From positions 3,387-67,386 of the IMG/VR virus record IMGVR_UViG_3300036398_000516: 64,000 bases of DNA; one strand, given 5' to 3'. The notes beneath the pieces were generated by a model that ran no database searches, had not been told where the DNA came from, and worked only from the letters and a program-made list of their open reading frames with translations. This document shows positions 1 to 13,800 of this stretch, piece after piece. Position numbers and translations under genes: made by a program. Source of the stretch: a virus. The stretch's first letter is position 1. Each line of letters begins with the position of its first letter.

Positions 1-3000
1 AGAAATCTATTGTACCAGCAACACCTCTTTTAGGATCATACACAATAACCTCAGCCATAAACTTAGTTCCTTCAGGGAAAGAGTTTAATCTTATTTGTAA
101 GTTATCTCTAAGTGTTTCATAGAACTTTCTGTTGTTAGGATCTAATTGAGATATGTATCCGTCATCATTTAATGGATCAGCTCTCAAGTCACCATTCTCA
201 TCTACAAATAAACCAAAGGCATATTCAATATCAGAGTGACCTTTAGTACCATTAAGTGCCTTTTCATTATCTATAAGTTTCTTATACTCAGACTTAGTTA
301 ATTCATTTGCATCAAGTAAATCTTTATTCCAGCCTTTAATAAGCTCTGTAACCCTAGTAGGAATCTTCTTACCATTTATATAATAACCGTCATCTCTCTT
401 CTCAATCTTGGATCTCACCTCATTAATCTTATCATAAACTTGTTGTTGAGAATTCTTTTGGAAATACACCTCACCCTCTTTAGCTCTAATGTCTGCAGCT
501 GTACCCATTGCCTCACCAGACATCACTTTAATAGCAGCTTGGTCCATACCTGACTTAGCAAATAAATTCTTAATAGAAGTTATTATGCTCTGCCACCAGT
601 TTTCCACCTTAGCTAAGTTCTGAGGAATTTCTGTTCTACCCTCAGCTTTATTAATAATAGTTTCAGCTAACACCTTACCAATAGCTTCCTTCTTTAATTT
701 AATAACATCAGGTTTACCATCTTTGGTTTGATAGTTAGGGTCATTACCGTATAACTTAAACACCTTATCAAGAATAGCGTAACCGTTAATCTCTTTCAAT
801 AACTGGTTAAATAACTTAGGGTCAGTTTGTTGTATAATCTCTACAGCAAAGTGCATAGCTTCTTCAGGAAGAGCTACATCTTCTTTACCCTCTATAACTT
901 GTACAAGCTTTTGCATAATCAATGCAGCACCGTTAGCATCTTGTTTTGCCCCATCAACTATGATAGACTTAAGTGTTTGAATATCAACACCTGCTCTCTT
1001 TAAGAAATCTTTAAAAATAGCTACACTAGCTGGAGAAGCTGGAGAAGCAGGTAATTTATTACTTGTTTCTGCTGCTGGTTGCTTAGCTTCTAAACCATAT
1101 AGTACAGGAGTGTTATAGTTGTAATTGCTTAAATCAACTAAGTAACCACCAGCACCACCTTTAATTCCTTTGATACTAGGCTGCCATATAAGTTTAATCC
1201 CTGGGATTTGACTCATAGCATTATACAATGCTCCTGTCTCAATAGGTCTACCCTTAGTTAATTGTAATATTTCACTTGTAATTCTTGAAGCATTGAATCT
1301 ACCTTCCTTCTTAAACTCACTCAATGCTTTGTTAACTTCTTCAGTGGTTGGATTTGTAACTGAACGTAGTAACCCTAAATTTTGAGCAGCTTCTTTTTTA
1401 ATCTCTCTAACTTGCTCAGGAGTGAAAGGAATCTCTTCCTTACCAGCATAGATTAAAGCTGTTTGTTTATTTCCTTGTGTAAGAAGAGTGATATCATGAC
1501 CACTAAAATACATAGGTGTTTCTTTTCCAGCCTCTTTGATATGCTTTTGAAGAAGATGATGTACTAATGGAGTGAAGTAGTTCATCTCTATGTTCAACGT
1601 TTCTTTAGCTATTTCTTCTGGATTTTTATACTTCTTACTTAATTCTTTTGCACTCTTATCTGCATCTGCTAAAGCTTGTTTATAGAAACCTTCTTGTTGT
1701 TCTAATAGTTCATCTAAATTTTCATTAGAGTTAGTTTGTTTTTGAAGTAGGTCTATTTCAATTTGTTTATCTACAGCTTGTTTTAATAATTCTTCATTAT
1801 AATTAATGCTATTAATTACTTGAATAAATTGATTACGTGTAATCTTTAATAAGTTCTTTTGGAAATTATAAACGCTTTCAGCTTTTAAAGCCCCAAGTTT
1901 TTGCTTTTTTTGATCTGTTATTGACTTATTGAACTCTTCCATTATCTTCTTCTCACTATTATACAATAGATATTTAATAGAAGGATTCAATCCAGTTCTT
2001 CCACGTTTAGCAGCAATGTCTAATTTAAATTTAAGATATGTATTCTTATACGTTGCATTTAGATAGTTATTAATCTTCTCTTCAATCTCCTTAATGCGAT
2101 AATCACTTTTAAAATAACCAATGTCTTCAGATATATTATCAAATCTACCTTCTGCAAAAGCAATTACATCTTCAATGTTTTTGATATCTTCAGCTGATAA
2201 AATAGAACTCGCACCTCCTTTTCTAAAGAAATCTTGATATTGTCTTCTTCCAGAGTAAAGTCTATCTAATGTATTATTTATATTTATAAGTGTTTCTGCA
2301 CCACGGTTTCCTTCGTATAGATCTGTTCTTTCTCGTAGGTTTATTAACAATCTTTCATGCAGTATTTCAATTTCTTGAATTGATGGTGTATCACCTACCA
2401 CTTGATTGTCTTTAAGAAATCTGTATAAATAGTTTTCATTAAAAACAGGTGATACTCTCGTTGATGTACTTACTACCATACCTTCAAAAGAAGGATCTTC
2501 ACTTCTTCCAGAAAAACTTATAAATCCATCTTTTGCTTTAACAACCTTAAGTCCACCATTACGAAGCTGTTGTAAGTTCTCAACTAATGTTTCTTCTAAA
2601 TCATTTTTAAATTGTAACAATTGATTATCAAGGTTAAGCTCATTGGGCTTAAACTCTCTTAAGAACTCAATATTGTCATTCTGTATTTCATGTAATAACA
2701 CAGCATCTTTAAATGTGTTATTTCCTGTATAGAAATAAGTTAAGTTACCCCATGCTGATGGAGATAATTTAAAGTGAGTTGATCTATCAGCAAAGTATTT
2801 ATCATTAAATCTTAATGACACTTTGTTATGATAGACAGAAGGGTTTTGTTTTGTAAGTCCTGTAAGTTGAATAAGTCTTTGTCTCTCTGCCATAGGCATT
2901 TGAGCTAGTGTCTCATCATTAAGGTTTGTCATATCAACATCTTCATCTGTTGTTCTATCAGGAACCTCAGTGAATGTTTGATCTATTCTATATGATAAGT

Positions 3001-4822
3001 ATTGATCTTCGTTAGCAAATCCTAATAAGTAATTGACTTTTAAGTAGTTACTCACTTCATTCACTAAATCTTCTGCACTAATACTTTTCTTTGTAGGATT
3101 TTCTTCTTTAATCATACCCATTACAGCATTGATTACAAGCAATTCTTGTTTCTTAGCTGTATCCATCTTCAATGGTTCTGATAAAGATATAGGATTCTTA
3201 CTATACTTCTTCAATACATCAGGTAACACCTTTAATGTTGGAGTGATGTTTGTATAGTTGTTTGTATGAATAAGAGCTTCTTTTTCTATTGGAGAAAGCT
3301 TCTTAGTTATTTCTACATTAGTTAGTCTAGGACGAAAATCACCGTAACTACGTAATCCACCTTCACTATCTAAAATTTTATATTGTTTCTTGAGAGTTTT
3401 AGATAAGAATCTACTTCTTTGTTTAAATGTCTTATTCAATAATCTATCAAAGAATATTTCATTGTCTTTAACTTCTTGTAAAGATCTTTCTTGTCTTAAT
3501 GTATATTGAGGAACGTTATTGAAGATCCAAACATCTAATTCTTCTCTTGTATCAAATGCAGGAGATGGTGCAACATTTACAGCATCATTAAATCCTGCAT
3601 CAAGATTAGCAACTTCATTCTCATCATCAATATATGTTTCATAAAGTCTTTCTCCAAATACCCATCTATATCTTTGTGCCACACCATCAGGATATCTTAC
3701 TAGGTTATCTGTAAAGCCAGTGAGTATTTCCACTCTACCAAGGTCAGCAATAATACTTGTATCTACAGGAGAGACAGATTGGTCACTCACCACAGAATCA
3801 ATATAAACAGAATTATTCAATGCATTGTATTCTTCCCAGCTCATTAAGTCTGTTAGGTCAGAAGACAAGATCTTCATAGCAGCTACATCATATGGATCTG
3901 CTTCTGTAGATTTAAACATGTCAACAATGCTATTAATCCATTCAATAAACTTCTTTAAGAATGAATAATCCTCAGGGGCAGCGTTTCTTTGTTCAATACG
4001 TTGAATAGCTTCAGCAATTAGTTGACCTATGGCTTCTTCTCTTATAGCAGATAGAGCAGGAAGCTGTGTAACATTTCCATCTTCATCTAATGCTAATTGA
4101 CTAATCACCTTAGGTCCCTCATATAAATCTCCATATAAAGAATCTCTAAGTTCTGATTCTTTTCTAGTAGTGGCAGCAGAAGTTAATAAAGCCTCCTTTA
4201 GTTCAGAATTCTTATCTAACAATCTATACCACCAGTGTGCTGCTTCTTCTGGAAGTTTATTCCAAGCAGCTGGTCTTTTATTTAAGTCATCAAGAATATC
4301 CACTGTACCATTAACAAAGTTTGCTGCAGCCAATGCTCCTTCTACAACAGAACCATCTTCTGCTAAGAACTCAGGAACAAGTCTTTGTTCTATTCCTATG
4401 TTCTCTAAGAACTTACCAACAGCACTTAATGTATTAATATGGAAATCTAAATTGCTTTTATCTAATCCAAATAAGGAAGACTGAGTAGATATTTGTGGAC
4501 CATCGCCCTCTCTTAATTCATTCTTCTCTTGTTCATACAAAGCAGCATCAGACTTAAAGAAGTCAAGGTCTCTCTCAAACTTCTTTTCTGCAACTGATTG
4601 TCTAGCAAATTCTCTATCAACAGCTTCATCTAATCTAGAAATAATAATTCTATATCCCCCTTGTCCTGATGTTTGTTGTACAGATGCAATAGATCCCCAG
4701 TTGCTATTTAATTTAACAGCTGCATTTCTAGCATCCTTTTCTCTAAAACCCCAATAATCATTTTGAGTTAAGGTGTCTATGTTCGCATCAATTGCTTTTC
4801 TAATTTCTATTTTACAAGGCAT
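1..4822 (-). CDS. Giant virion (cargo/ejection-type) protein, partial: 1607+ aa; N-terminus at 4822, C-terminus beyond window start
   Basis: An ATG at 4822 on the minus strand begins one nucleotide after the stop of the 3923-aa ORF. By-eye translation towards position 1 (MPCKIEIRKAIDANIDTLTQNDYWGF...) shows no stop codon. The six-frame track omits it because it runs off the window edge. Confidence 0.6.
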   Translation of the reverse strand, partial: MPCKIEIRKAIDANIDTLTQNDYWGFREKDARNAAVKLNSNWGSIASVQQTSGQGGYRIIISRLDEAVDREFARQSVAEKKFERDLDFFKSDAALYEQEKNELREGDGPQISTQSSLFGLDKSNLDFHINTLSAVGKFLENIGIEQRLVPEFLAEDGSVVEGALAAANFVNGTVDILDDLNKRPAAWNKLPEEAAHWWYRLLDKNSELKEALLTSAATTRKESELRDSLYGDLYEGPKVISQLALDEDGNVTQLPALSAIREEAIGQLIAEAIQRIEQRNAAPEDYSFLKKFIEWINSIVDMFKSTEADPYDVAAMKILSSDLTDLMSWEEYNALNNSVYIDSVVSDQSVSPVDTSIIADLGRVEILTGFTDNLVRYPDGVAQRYRWVFGERLYETYIDDENEVANLDAGFNDAVNVAPSPAFDTREELDVWIFNNVPQYTLRQERSLQEVKDNEIFFDRLLNKTFKQRSRFLSKTLKKQYKILDSEGGLRSYGDFRPRLTNVEITKKLSPIEKEALIHTNNYTNITPTLKVLPDVLKKYSKNPISLSEPLKMDTAKKQELLVINAVMGMIKEENPTKKSISAEDLVNEVSNYLKVNYLLGFANEDQYLSYRIDQTFTEVPDRTTDEDVDMTNLNDETLAQMPMAERQRLIQLTGLTKQNPSVYHNKVSLRFNDKYFADRSTHFKLSPSAWGNLTYFYTGNNTFKDAVLLHEIQNDNIEFLREFKPNELNLDNQLLQFKNDLEETLVENLQQLRNGGLKVVKAKDGFISFSGRSEDPSFEGMVVSTSTRVSPVFNENYLYRFLKDNQVVGDTPSIQEIEILHERLLINLRERTDLYEGNRGAETLININNTLDRLYSGRRQYQDFFRKGGASSILSAEDIKNIEDVIAFAEGRFDNISEDIGYFKSDYRIKEIEEKINNYLNATYKNTYLKFKLDIAAKRGRTGLNPSIKYLLYNSEKKIMEEFNKSITDQKKQKLGALKAESVYNFQKNLLKITRNQFIQVINSINYNEELLKQAVDKQIEIDLLQKQTNSNENLDELLEQQEGFYKQALADADKSAKELSKKYKNPEEIAKETLNIEMNYFTPLVHHLLQKHIKEAGKETPMYFSGHDITLLTQGNKQTALIYAGKEEIPFTPEQVREIKKEAAQNLGLLRSVTNPTTEEVNKALSEFKKEGRFNASRITSEILQLTKGRPIETGALYNAMSQIPGIKLIWQPSIKGIKGGAGGYLVDLSNYNYNTPVLYGLEAKQPAAETSNKLPASPASPASVAIFKDFLKRAGVDIQTLKSIIVDGAKQDANGAALIMQKLVQVIEGKEDVALPEEAMHFAVEIIQQTDPKLFNQLLKEINGYAILDKVFKLYGNDPNYQTKDGKPDVIKLKKEAIGKVLAETIINKAEGRTEIPQNLAKVENWWQSIITSIKNLFAKSGMDQAAIKVMSGEAMGTAADIRAKEGEVYFQKNSQQQVYDKINEVRSKIEKRDDGYYINGKKIPTRVTELIKGWNKDLLDANELTKSEYKKLIDNEKALNGTKGHSDIEYAFGLFVDENGDLRADPLNDDGYISQLDPNNRKFYETLRDNLQIRLNSFPEGTKFMAEVIVYDPKRGVAGTIDF

Positions 4823-4823
4823 A

Positions 4824-7800
4824 TTAACAAGTTTTCTTATATGTGATAGCTTTAGCTAAAATAACTTCTTTTTCAGCAACAGTTAACTTTGGTTCTTTTC
4901 CAAAATTATTCTTAGTTGCGTCTATAATTTTTCCATCATTCAATACAAAATAATCAGTCCCATTGTAGTTAGCAACTTTAATGCTACCATTTTGAATTTG
5001 TTGTCTAGCAGTTATTTGATTTATAACTCCTTGGTCTTTAACAATATTACCATTACCATAGGTTATATCACCGTTAGGTTTTAAAAAATAGTAAGTGCCA
5101 CCTATTAAAAACTGCTTATCTTCTTGAACAGGAATTGCAGGTAAAGGTACATTATTTTCTTCTACAACTTGTAACTTTTTATCAAAATAATCAATAATAC
5201 TTTGATTAGTAAGTTCACCTTTTACATGAACAGTTCCATTGTTAAATACAGACTCTCTGTTATCATCATACATTTCTGTAGCATATTGACCATCTCCCCA
5301 AAGATTGATAGCTTTGTAGTAGTATTTAGAACCTCTTACAAAATCTGTACCATCTTCATATTTAACTTTTTGGAAGCCCATTACATCATTTAAAGATGTG
5401 TCACCTATTGCTTTTCTCTTCTCAAAATCAGCACGTGATACGCTCTCTCCATTAATTATATCAATTCTTTCATTACCGTTTTTAACCACTCTAGGAACTA
5501 AAATGTAATCAGATGCTACATCTTTAAAGTTATCAAATCTATCAAGCACTAACACTTGTTTAACTCCTTCTGTAGATATACCTTCTAGTGTTGGGAACTC
5601 ATCAAACTCAACTTCACTAACAAACTCTCCAAGATCATTTACCCCTTCTCCAAAGAAGCTTGGTGCAATATCAGTGATCTTTTTAAATATAGCTTCATCG
5701 TTCCAGTTGTTTCTTTGGAATGCCCCCACCTTACTGAAGTTATCTAACTTTAAATCAGAAGCTAATGAATTAACAACATCTTTTAATCTCTCAGAATAGT
5801 CTTCAATAGGGACAATGTTCTTAATAGATATAGCTGATTGGTAGGTTCCCTGAAGGATAGCCAAGTCTACTATTCTATTATATAAACCATTTGTAGCTGG
5901 GTTATCTCTAAGCTCTCTCATCATGCCTTGATATAAGTTATTATCATAAGCAGTTTTAAGATTTGCTTTTAGTCTAAGACTCTTAGCACCCCCAACTCTA
6001 TCAGAAGAAACTTGTTCTAATTGTTGTAAAATCTCCATGTCTGGATAATCCTTCTTTGCTTTAGCTACATCAGTAACTACAGCTGTATAAGGATCAACTA
6101 ACAACTCTGTTAGTCTAGAACGTAGATTAGTTCTAGTTAGGAATATATAATCAAGGAACGATGTCTTAACCTTATTACCCACTCTATCAAAGTCATCAGC
6201 AGCCAAGTACTCATCTTCTTTATATGGATCTAACACCTTATTAGTGATTACAGCAAACTGAACTTGGTCAAGTTTTAATATAGGAGATAATGCATTTATA
6301 GCATTCTCAGTGATGTTAGCTTTCTCACCTACAAAGGAATTATTCAACACATCTCCAACAGATGAAATTATATTTGTTTTATCAGCTAAAGTAGTTCTCA
6401 ATCTCTTCTTACTCATAGCTTCTGCACTTCCAAACTTAGTAGTGTCGTAGTTAGTAGCTTGTGTAAACTTAAATAAGAACTGACCCATCTTATGGTATTT
6501 CAAGAATTCAACCAATATTCTTTGTTGTTCAACATTGTCAATAGCTGTACCAGCATAGTAATTTTTAATATTAGGAGCTAAGTTCTTCATATCAATCTTA
6601 TTACTAACTACAGCTTTTCTATCAGCTGGGAACTTCTTACGAATAAAGTCTAAGTTCTTCTTGCTATACACAGAGCTAGAACCAATACTATCTAGATAGT
6701 TCATGTACTCTTTAATGATAGGTTGGTTTAAGAACAATGCGGTTGTCTTTACAGGAGTTCCTATTCTAGTCAAGAACATTGCTGTACTGATGATGTTATT
6801 GCTGCTTAAGATTTTAAGAATGTAAGGATCTTTAGCCACATCCACAAATGATGTAATGAATCCTGATAAGTTATCAGAGATGTATTTGTTTGCTCTATCT
6901 AATACACCAGACAAAGATATTCTATCTTGTCCATTGATTCTCACTGTGTTATGAGGAAGTATCACTCTACCGTCACCTATTATCTTTCTTTCATAATCAG
7001 ATAGCTGAGAGAACTTTAATGGATCAATATACCCTTCTATTTTTTGGAACAATGAATGGTTAGTGATATTAACAGCACCAATACCCACCCACTTCTTAGC
7101 TACAACAAACGCATGTCTTAGCATAGTTAAGAAGTTACCATCAAGGATTCTATTTTCTATTTTGCTTTCATCCACTCCTCTAAGACCATCAAGTTCATCA
7201 GCAATACCTTTTAATCCTGCATCAGAGATAGGAGTGATTAATCTATCATAGTTCTCATCAAGAGTTAATATATCCTCAAGACTCTCATAATATTCATTCT
7301 CAACAGATTGTTTGTATAACTTATCAGATAATACAGTATAATCATCTTCTCCAACAACTACAAAGTCATCTTCTAGATTAAGCATGCTTTCAATATCTTC
7401 TTTTAATATGAAGTTTTTAATAGCATCTTTAGCCTGCTCACCATACCCAAAGAAAGGAACTTGTTTCAATTGACCTTTAGAGTTGATGTATGTATTCTTT
7501 AAATACATATTAAGCTTATCTATATCAAAGTCAGATCCTGCTATCTCTGTAATCTCAGAAGGTAACACAACTGTCTTACCCATAGATTGAGGTAGGAAAC
7601 CTTTTATCTTAAACACTAATGAAGAACTTGCAGCCTGGTTAGGGATACGGAAACCAATACCCTTAAGAATTGATTCATTCTCAGGCTTATTTAAATATTC
7701 CAATAACTCTTCATCAGACTTAAATCCAGCCTTCTTAAACTGCTCCTTAAACCAATAAGGAACTAGTATCTCCATGTAACGATTTTCTTTAGTGTAGGAC

Positions 7801-10800
7801 TTAAGGGTACCGTCTGTAAATACTTTCTTACCATTAATTTCAACCACACCTCTCTTCTCTCCAGACTTCTCCCACATAGTTACAGGAACCTGTACAGCAG
7901 GGAAACCATTCACCTTAGGAGAACCAATTGCTTTGTCCACCATAGAATAAAGAATATCTCTAATCTGTACATAAGCAGTAGATGCTTCAAATGGAATTGG
8001 AAACTCTCCATTTGCATCAGTTCTGATTGTATCTATAGCATTATCATCTAGCTCTCTTCTTAACATTTCATATTCAAGAGATTTAGATACAGCAGTTGGG
8101 TCCACTATATTATATACACCACCAAGATCTTCAACACCTAACTTCTTTAATAACTGATTGTAATTTTCTAAGAATAAGTTATTTAACGCTTTTACATTAC
8201 GAGTGTATGCTTTTTGAATCACTTCAGCTCTTTCAGGATCTGCAGTTCTAGGTTTACCATTTTCAAATAAATCTAAGCTAGCTATCTTAGTAGGCTGAGA
8301 ACCAAGGGTTTGTCCAGTACCTCCATCATAACTATTCTCCACTTGAATACCATAAGTCTTCCAAGCTACAGGAATCATCTTACCAAAAGGTGCTGTGTTT
8401 ACATCTCCTGTTTCAAGATCGTATAAATCAAACAACTCTTCAGCACCCACCTTTCTACCAGATTCAAATATAGCGTATTCAGCTTTCTCCTTCCACATCT
8501 TTATGTAGAAGTCTCCTAAGTTATAATCCTCTAAGTCTTTATAATATAAAGGCATTTGAGAAGTTTTATCTAGCACTAAGTCAATTCTATTTGAACCATA
8601 CTTAGGACCAGACACAATAGGCTTTAACACCTCTCTGATAAACTCAGGCTCAGGAGTGCTAAGAAGCTTATCATCATGAGCTTTTAATTTCGTATTATTT
8701 CCATAGGTCCATTCAACATCTTTTCTCTTATCAAGAGCTCTTCTTGTATAAGCCATGTTCCACTGATAGTTATCTTCAGCAAGACCATTTAAATCCCATT
8801 GACCATTTCTAAGCTTAACACTTCTATACACGTGATCCATTATCCAAGAACCAGCATCTGCTTCATTTATCTTACCTCTAACTGTTACATCTCTAAGAGT
8901 GACAGTGTTCATGTAAGGTTTGAACAAATGGTGTCCTGGATCATTTTCAGTTAATTGCACTCCACCAGCATTGTTATATTTTTGGTTATGGAATGTATTA
9001 AACTCAGGATGATCAAATGTTGTTTTTCTACCAGACAAGAAAGACTTAACACGTTTAGTTTCATCTAATTTACCTTTCTTTGTAGCAAACTGATATGGAT
9101 CACCAAATAAGATTTTATGGAACTCTATATTGTTAATGATGTAGTTTATTCTAGCAAATGTTAGAATATCAGTTACATCATCTTGTGATAGTTTGTTTTT
9201 ATTTAATTGCTCAGCTTTAGCAAACTTACTATCTAAGTCTTCATAAGTTACTGTCTTATTAGGATTATTAGTAAGCTTATAGTTGTCTACTAATATTTTA
9301 TTAGTAGCTGCTACATTACGTTCAATGTATGCTTTTACATCTGCATTAATAGCTTCTGCATTCTCCTTAATGTATGCATCAATTTGATCTTGTGTAGCAC
9401 CATTGATAATCAAGTTGTTAACACCAGCTAGCGTTTTACCCTTAAGGATATCTTTAAAGAACCTAAGCTCTTTTGCCTTTCCTAAGTTCTTAAAGTCATC
9501 AGTGACATTAGCTAACTTCTCTCTATTTTCAAAATCTAATGCTAATGCAATATCATCTTTTAAGTATCCTTGGAAGATTGTATTCACCTTTCCCCAAGCT
9601 AATCCACCAGCAACTTCTTTAAAGCTGATGTTATTACCTAAGTTCATCATCCATTCTGTAGAACTATCTGCAGGGATTAATATATGGTAGTTACCATTAA
9701 GGTTTTGATTAATCTCTTGAGTGAATCTATTACCAAGTGTTAAGCCTGTAGTGCTTTTATCTACACCAGTGTTTTGGTTCTTTGTACCACCAATGTGAGA
9801 AACTACTAAAGTTTTAATCTTCTTACCATCTTTATTGTAGAACAGTCCTCCCTTCTTGAAGAACAAACCGTTTGTAGAGAATACATCATTAAGCTCAGGT
9901 CTATTTGATTTTAATTCTTCAACTGTATCAGCCTCATTAAATTCATTTGCAAGTAATGAAGGAGCATTGTTTTCTGTATATGCTTGTGTATTCTCACCTT
10001 CTACGTTAGGATATGTAGTGTCCTGGATAGGATTTTCCACTCTAACATATAAGTCAGCTAATGTATCTAATGGTCCATCAATTCCTAATGTCTTACCACT
10101 CACTGTAGCCACCTCACCTGTCTTTCCAAAATATGCATGAATAGAACCCACTGCCTTAACAAAATCATCTCTTTGTTCAGGCTTCAATCTTAAATATGTG
10201 TCCATTGTATATGTAACACCAATCCTATTTAAGAAGTCTACCATTTGTTGAGGTGATTCAATATCTACACCTTCTGTAGACACCACCTTATATCTTCCCT
10301 GTCCTTTGTTAAATCTAACTAAAGAATTAGGATCAGTTGACAAGTCTTTAAGATTGTTCATCCAACCTGTCTTAGTTTGCTTACTTACAGTGAATTGATC
10401 AGCAGGAGATGTATACACCTCATCAGCGTTAACGTATTGTATTAATGCATTAGGTCTTTGCTTTGTAAAAGTTTGGTAGAATTGTACAAACAATCTCCAA
10501 TCATGTGGCTCAAACTTACTGAAATCAATAGCAACCATCTCACCACTTTCTCCAGTGGTTCCTTTCAAACGTGTAAACAATCTAACATAGTTAGAGTCAT
10601 ATTTAGCTAAGTCTACTAACTTATCTACCATCTTGCTCACCTTAGTGGTATTAGCTAACTTGTCTATCACTGTAGCAAATGCCCTACTGAAGTTTACAAG
10701 CTTTAAGAAATACTTATCAGTGGTAGCTAAAGCAGGTAGAGATAGTGTAGAACTATCAACTTGGTTAGTAGGAACTGTTTCTAATAGTGTACCTATTAAC

Positions 10801-13800
10801 AATTTGATTTGATATGAAGAACTCTTCTTCCAATCTGTAGTGAATGCTTCAGCAGCATACATTCTATTAGTTACATTCTCTGCATTAATATCTAATATAT
10901 CATCTTTATTAAACTCAATCTTAAACGTACGTAAGAAATCTTTTGTCTTATCTACAAGAGCTAACCAACTCTTTTCTCCAATTATCTTATTCTCTTCTTC
11001 ATATTCAGCTTTGATAGCATCAAATAGTTCAGGAGCAGTTAAGTTAGAAATCTCATACAAAGATTTGTTTGTACCAAACACCTTTGCAAAGAATCTAGCA
11101 GTCATATCTCTTACAACATCATTAGTGTCCTTCTCACTTAATCCTTCAACAGCTCTATATTCTGGAGCTAAGGATTTAGCAGATTCAGGAATAGTGTAAC
11201 TCTTATACTTACCTGTATCAATAGCTTTAAACAATTGTTCTTTTGCTGAAGGCTTGTTTACAAATGATTTAACAAATGCAATGATATCTCTAAAGAACTT
11301 TAATATAGCTTCACCAATATTTCTAGCAGGAAGTTTACCAAGTCTAAAGTCAGCAAAATCATCCATGATTCTTTCCTTAGCCTGTTGATCTGTAGCCTCT
11401 TCATAGAACAACATCTTACCAGATTCTCTATCTTTAAACTTACCAGCCTTAGCTTTGAATTCATCAAGAAGAGATTGTTGTTCTTCAGGAGATAAGAAAA
11501 CATTCCATATACCTTCACCAATCTCATGATACTCTGTACCTCTCTGACCACCTTTGTAGAATTTAGCTACACCATTTTCAAACACACCCCAAGCTTTCTC
11601 ACCATCATATGTAGTGATGATACGATCTAATATCTCAAAAGGAATACCAGGAACATTCTTACGTGCCCACTCTTTAAATAACTGAATCTCAGCATCAGTC
11701 ATTCTTTCAGTCTTATCAGCACCAAGTCTTCTATATTGAGAACCTTTAGGTGCTTTAGATTTACTAAAGTCTACATCTGAAGGTTTATCTTCTTTCACAT
11801 CTACAGACTCTGTAGAAGTGGTAACTGCAGGAGCAGCTTCTGTACCATAAGGAGTGGTTTGTGTAACCGTAGCAGCTGTAGATGTAGGAGCAGCTTGATC
11901 TTTGCTCTTAATCTCATTAGCTATTTGAATCTTAAGATAGTCTTTAACTATACCAAGATCATCTTTAGTAGCATCAAATCTTTCTGCTTGTTTTAAATAC
12001 TCAACAATTTGTAAAACCTTAGCTTCAGTGTTAGCTATATCTGTAACTGTTTGATTATCAGTTATTTTAATAAATAATCCATCCTTAGTTTTCTTAGCTG
12101 TAAATAAGACAGGACCTGTAGAAACATCATAGATGTTTTCTGTAGTGCCATCTAAATTATATCCACCAACAACATCAGGTGATGTTGGAGTGGTTGTAGC
12201 TGTAGCAGGAGGAGTAGGTAATTGTTCAGGAAGTTCCATTCCTTCTAAGACAGCATACTTCTGTTTGAAGTTGTAAGGAACAGCATCTGTAATCTTTGCT
12301 ACGTTTGTAGACAAAGGAGTTTCACTAACAGGTCTAGATGACCCATTAGGAAACTTGTTTCCCAATAAATATGTTTGATAGTTCTCCCACTCACTGATGA
12401 TTAAATTACCATCAGGACCAATGTGTGGTTCTAAGAATTTTTCGTGGAATTTTTTAGTAAGTGTATCTCTATTAAGATTCTGATACACGCTCTTTAATTG
12501 ATCAACTATTTGATCTTCTAATTCAGCTATTTTAGTTAGGTCATACTTTTCTTTACCTAACTCAAGATTCATTGTGTTAGTGTTAATAAAGATTTGGTTG
12601 TTTGAACTAGCTCCTTTGCTCTTCCAATACAATACATTCTGCAAATATGTAGAATATAATCTATTGATTTTAATTGATTTACCAGCAGCTAATTGGCTAT
12701 TAACCTCTTCAGAGATTTTCTTTAGCACTTCAAACACACCCTTTGCTTCCTTAGCTGAGAAGTTTCTACTTCTTACATTCTGTAATGTATCACCATATTG
12801 GATATAAGGATGTCCAATAGACACCTTAACTTGCTTACCCTTATGGAATATAAATCCAGTGTTAGAAACTTGAATCAATCCTTCTTGTGTAGAAATAACA
12901 GATTCAGGAACTAGTGTTTCACCAATATGATTTCTTTCTCCTTTTGTAAGTTCAGGAATACCTTTAGACACTGTGAAATTATAAACCTTATATCCAGGTT
13001 CTTTAAATAACTCAGCTCTTTTAATCTTCCAACCAGCTTGCTTAGCTTCAGCTAAAGCTTTTTGTTCAGCTCTGTATTTAGGAGATTTGTCTTTATATCT
13101 TAAATCTGTAGTGGGCATAGTGTTGTATACCAACTTACTCATGTCCATTGTCTCACCCACCTTAGCAACACGCTTACCATCTTTGTCTACAAAGTAAACA
13201 TTACTACCATCTTGTTCTACGTATACAGCAGCCACTAAGCCAATATCTACATTTGTAGCATCAGGCACTTCATCTTTAGGAACACCATATTGCATCTCAG
13301 TTAATCCTGTTAAACCAAGAGAGTCTTCTTGATTAGGAGTTACTAAAATGGCTCTTATTTTAGATCTGTTAGGAAACTTACCAACGTTGTTTAAGAACTC
13401 AACAGCACGAAGTTGATGAGGTTTAAAAGATGCTATGTCTTCTTCTTTTTCAGAAGTTGTACGCTCAAACAATATATTAGCATCTACCAATCTACCTTCA
13501 TCTTCTGATTTTGTAATTGGTGTATCTACAATAGCAACATCACCAGAGTTAAGTTCAATCTCTGCCTGTTCTTTATTTACATCATCAGCAAACTTCTGTA
13601 ACTTCTCTTGGTCAGTTTGAATCTTCTCATATCCAGACAATTGATCAGGAGCAATGTTCTTAATGTCTCCATTAACATCTTCCACCTTAACTGTACCATC
13701 TTCATTAAGACCAATTACTCTCACCTTAGTAAGATCAGCTAAGTCACTATTAATATCTTCTAATGCAGCTTTTGCAGATTCTTCTGATTTGAATGATGTC

